64,000 nucleotides of DNA, from positions 25,538,024 through 25,602,023 of the forward strand of contig NC_085845.1 in the NCBI RefSeq assembly GCF_035594765.1, given 5' to 3'. Source of the DNA: Anolis carolinensis. Lineage: Eukaryota. This document shows, piece by piece, positions 63,909 through 64,000 of the stretch (within the stretch, counting starts at the first letter, position 1; the number at the start of each line of letters is the position of its first letter). Position numbers and translations under genes: made by a program. The notes beneath the pieces were generated by a model. That model was given only the letters and a program-made list of their open reading frames with translations. It did not search any database and was not told where the DNA came from.

Positions 63909-64000
63909 GGCCCCTTCCAACAACTGAATAAAATTCCACTTTATCTGCTTTGAACTGGAATATATGGCAGTGTAGACTCAGATAACCCCATTCAAAGCAG
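63909..64000. mobile_element. PIF/Harbinger-type MITE, cut by the window end
   Basis: Colinear with 33566-33715. Confidence 0.8.

Overview
Eukaryotic, AT-rich vertebrate genomic DNA. The repeat content (Sauria SINEs, L2-tailed and Vingi-tailed tRNA SINEs, a 5S-derived SINE, CR1, L2, RTE/BovB, Vingi, R4, hAT, Tigger, PIF/Harbinger and Chapaev non-autonomous elements, solo LTRs) points to a squamate, most likely an Anolis lizard. I can support only two host coding exons, both on the + strand near the right end (61578-61686 and 63544-63855). They splice in frame with phases 0-1 and 1-1 and resemble, from memory, the post-ankyrin acidic/proline-rich exons 8-9 of BANK1. If so, bases 1-61577 are part of the very long BANK1 intron 7. 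Almost every entry in the supplied ORF track is a retroelement remnant, a microsatellite artefact or a chance ORF. The most interesting observations are: (1) a YxxM (YVMM) PI3K-docking-type motif in the putative lizard BANK1, a feature normally associated with its paralog BCAP/PIK3AP1; (2) a MITE very similar to mammalian Tigger4/Zombi, a horizontal-transfer candidate; (3) composite hAT elements carrying captured CR1 tails, an R4 fragment and microsatellites; (4) two long fold-back hairpins; (5) a candidate microexon. There are no prokaryotic features (CRISPR, operons), and I found no well-supported new multi-gene system. Family names come from recalled consensus sequences, not from database searches.
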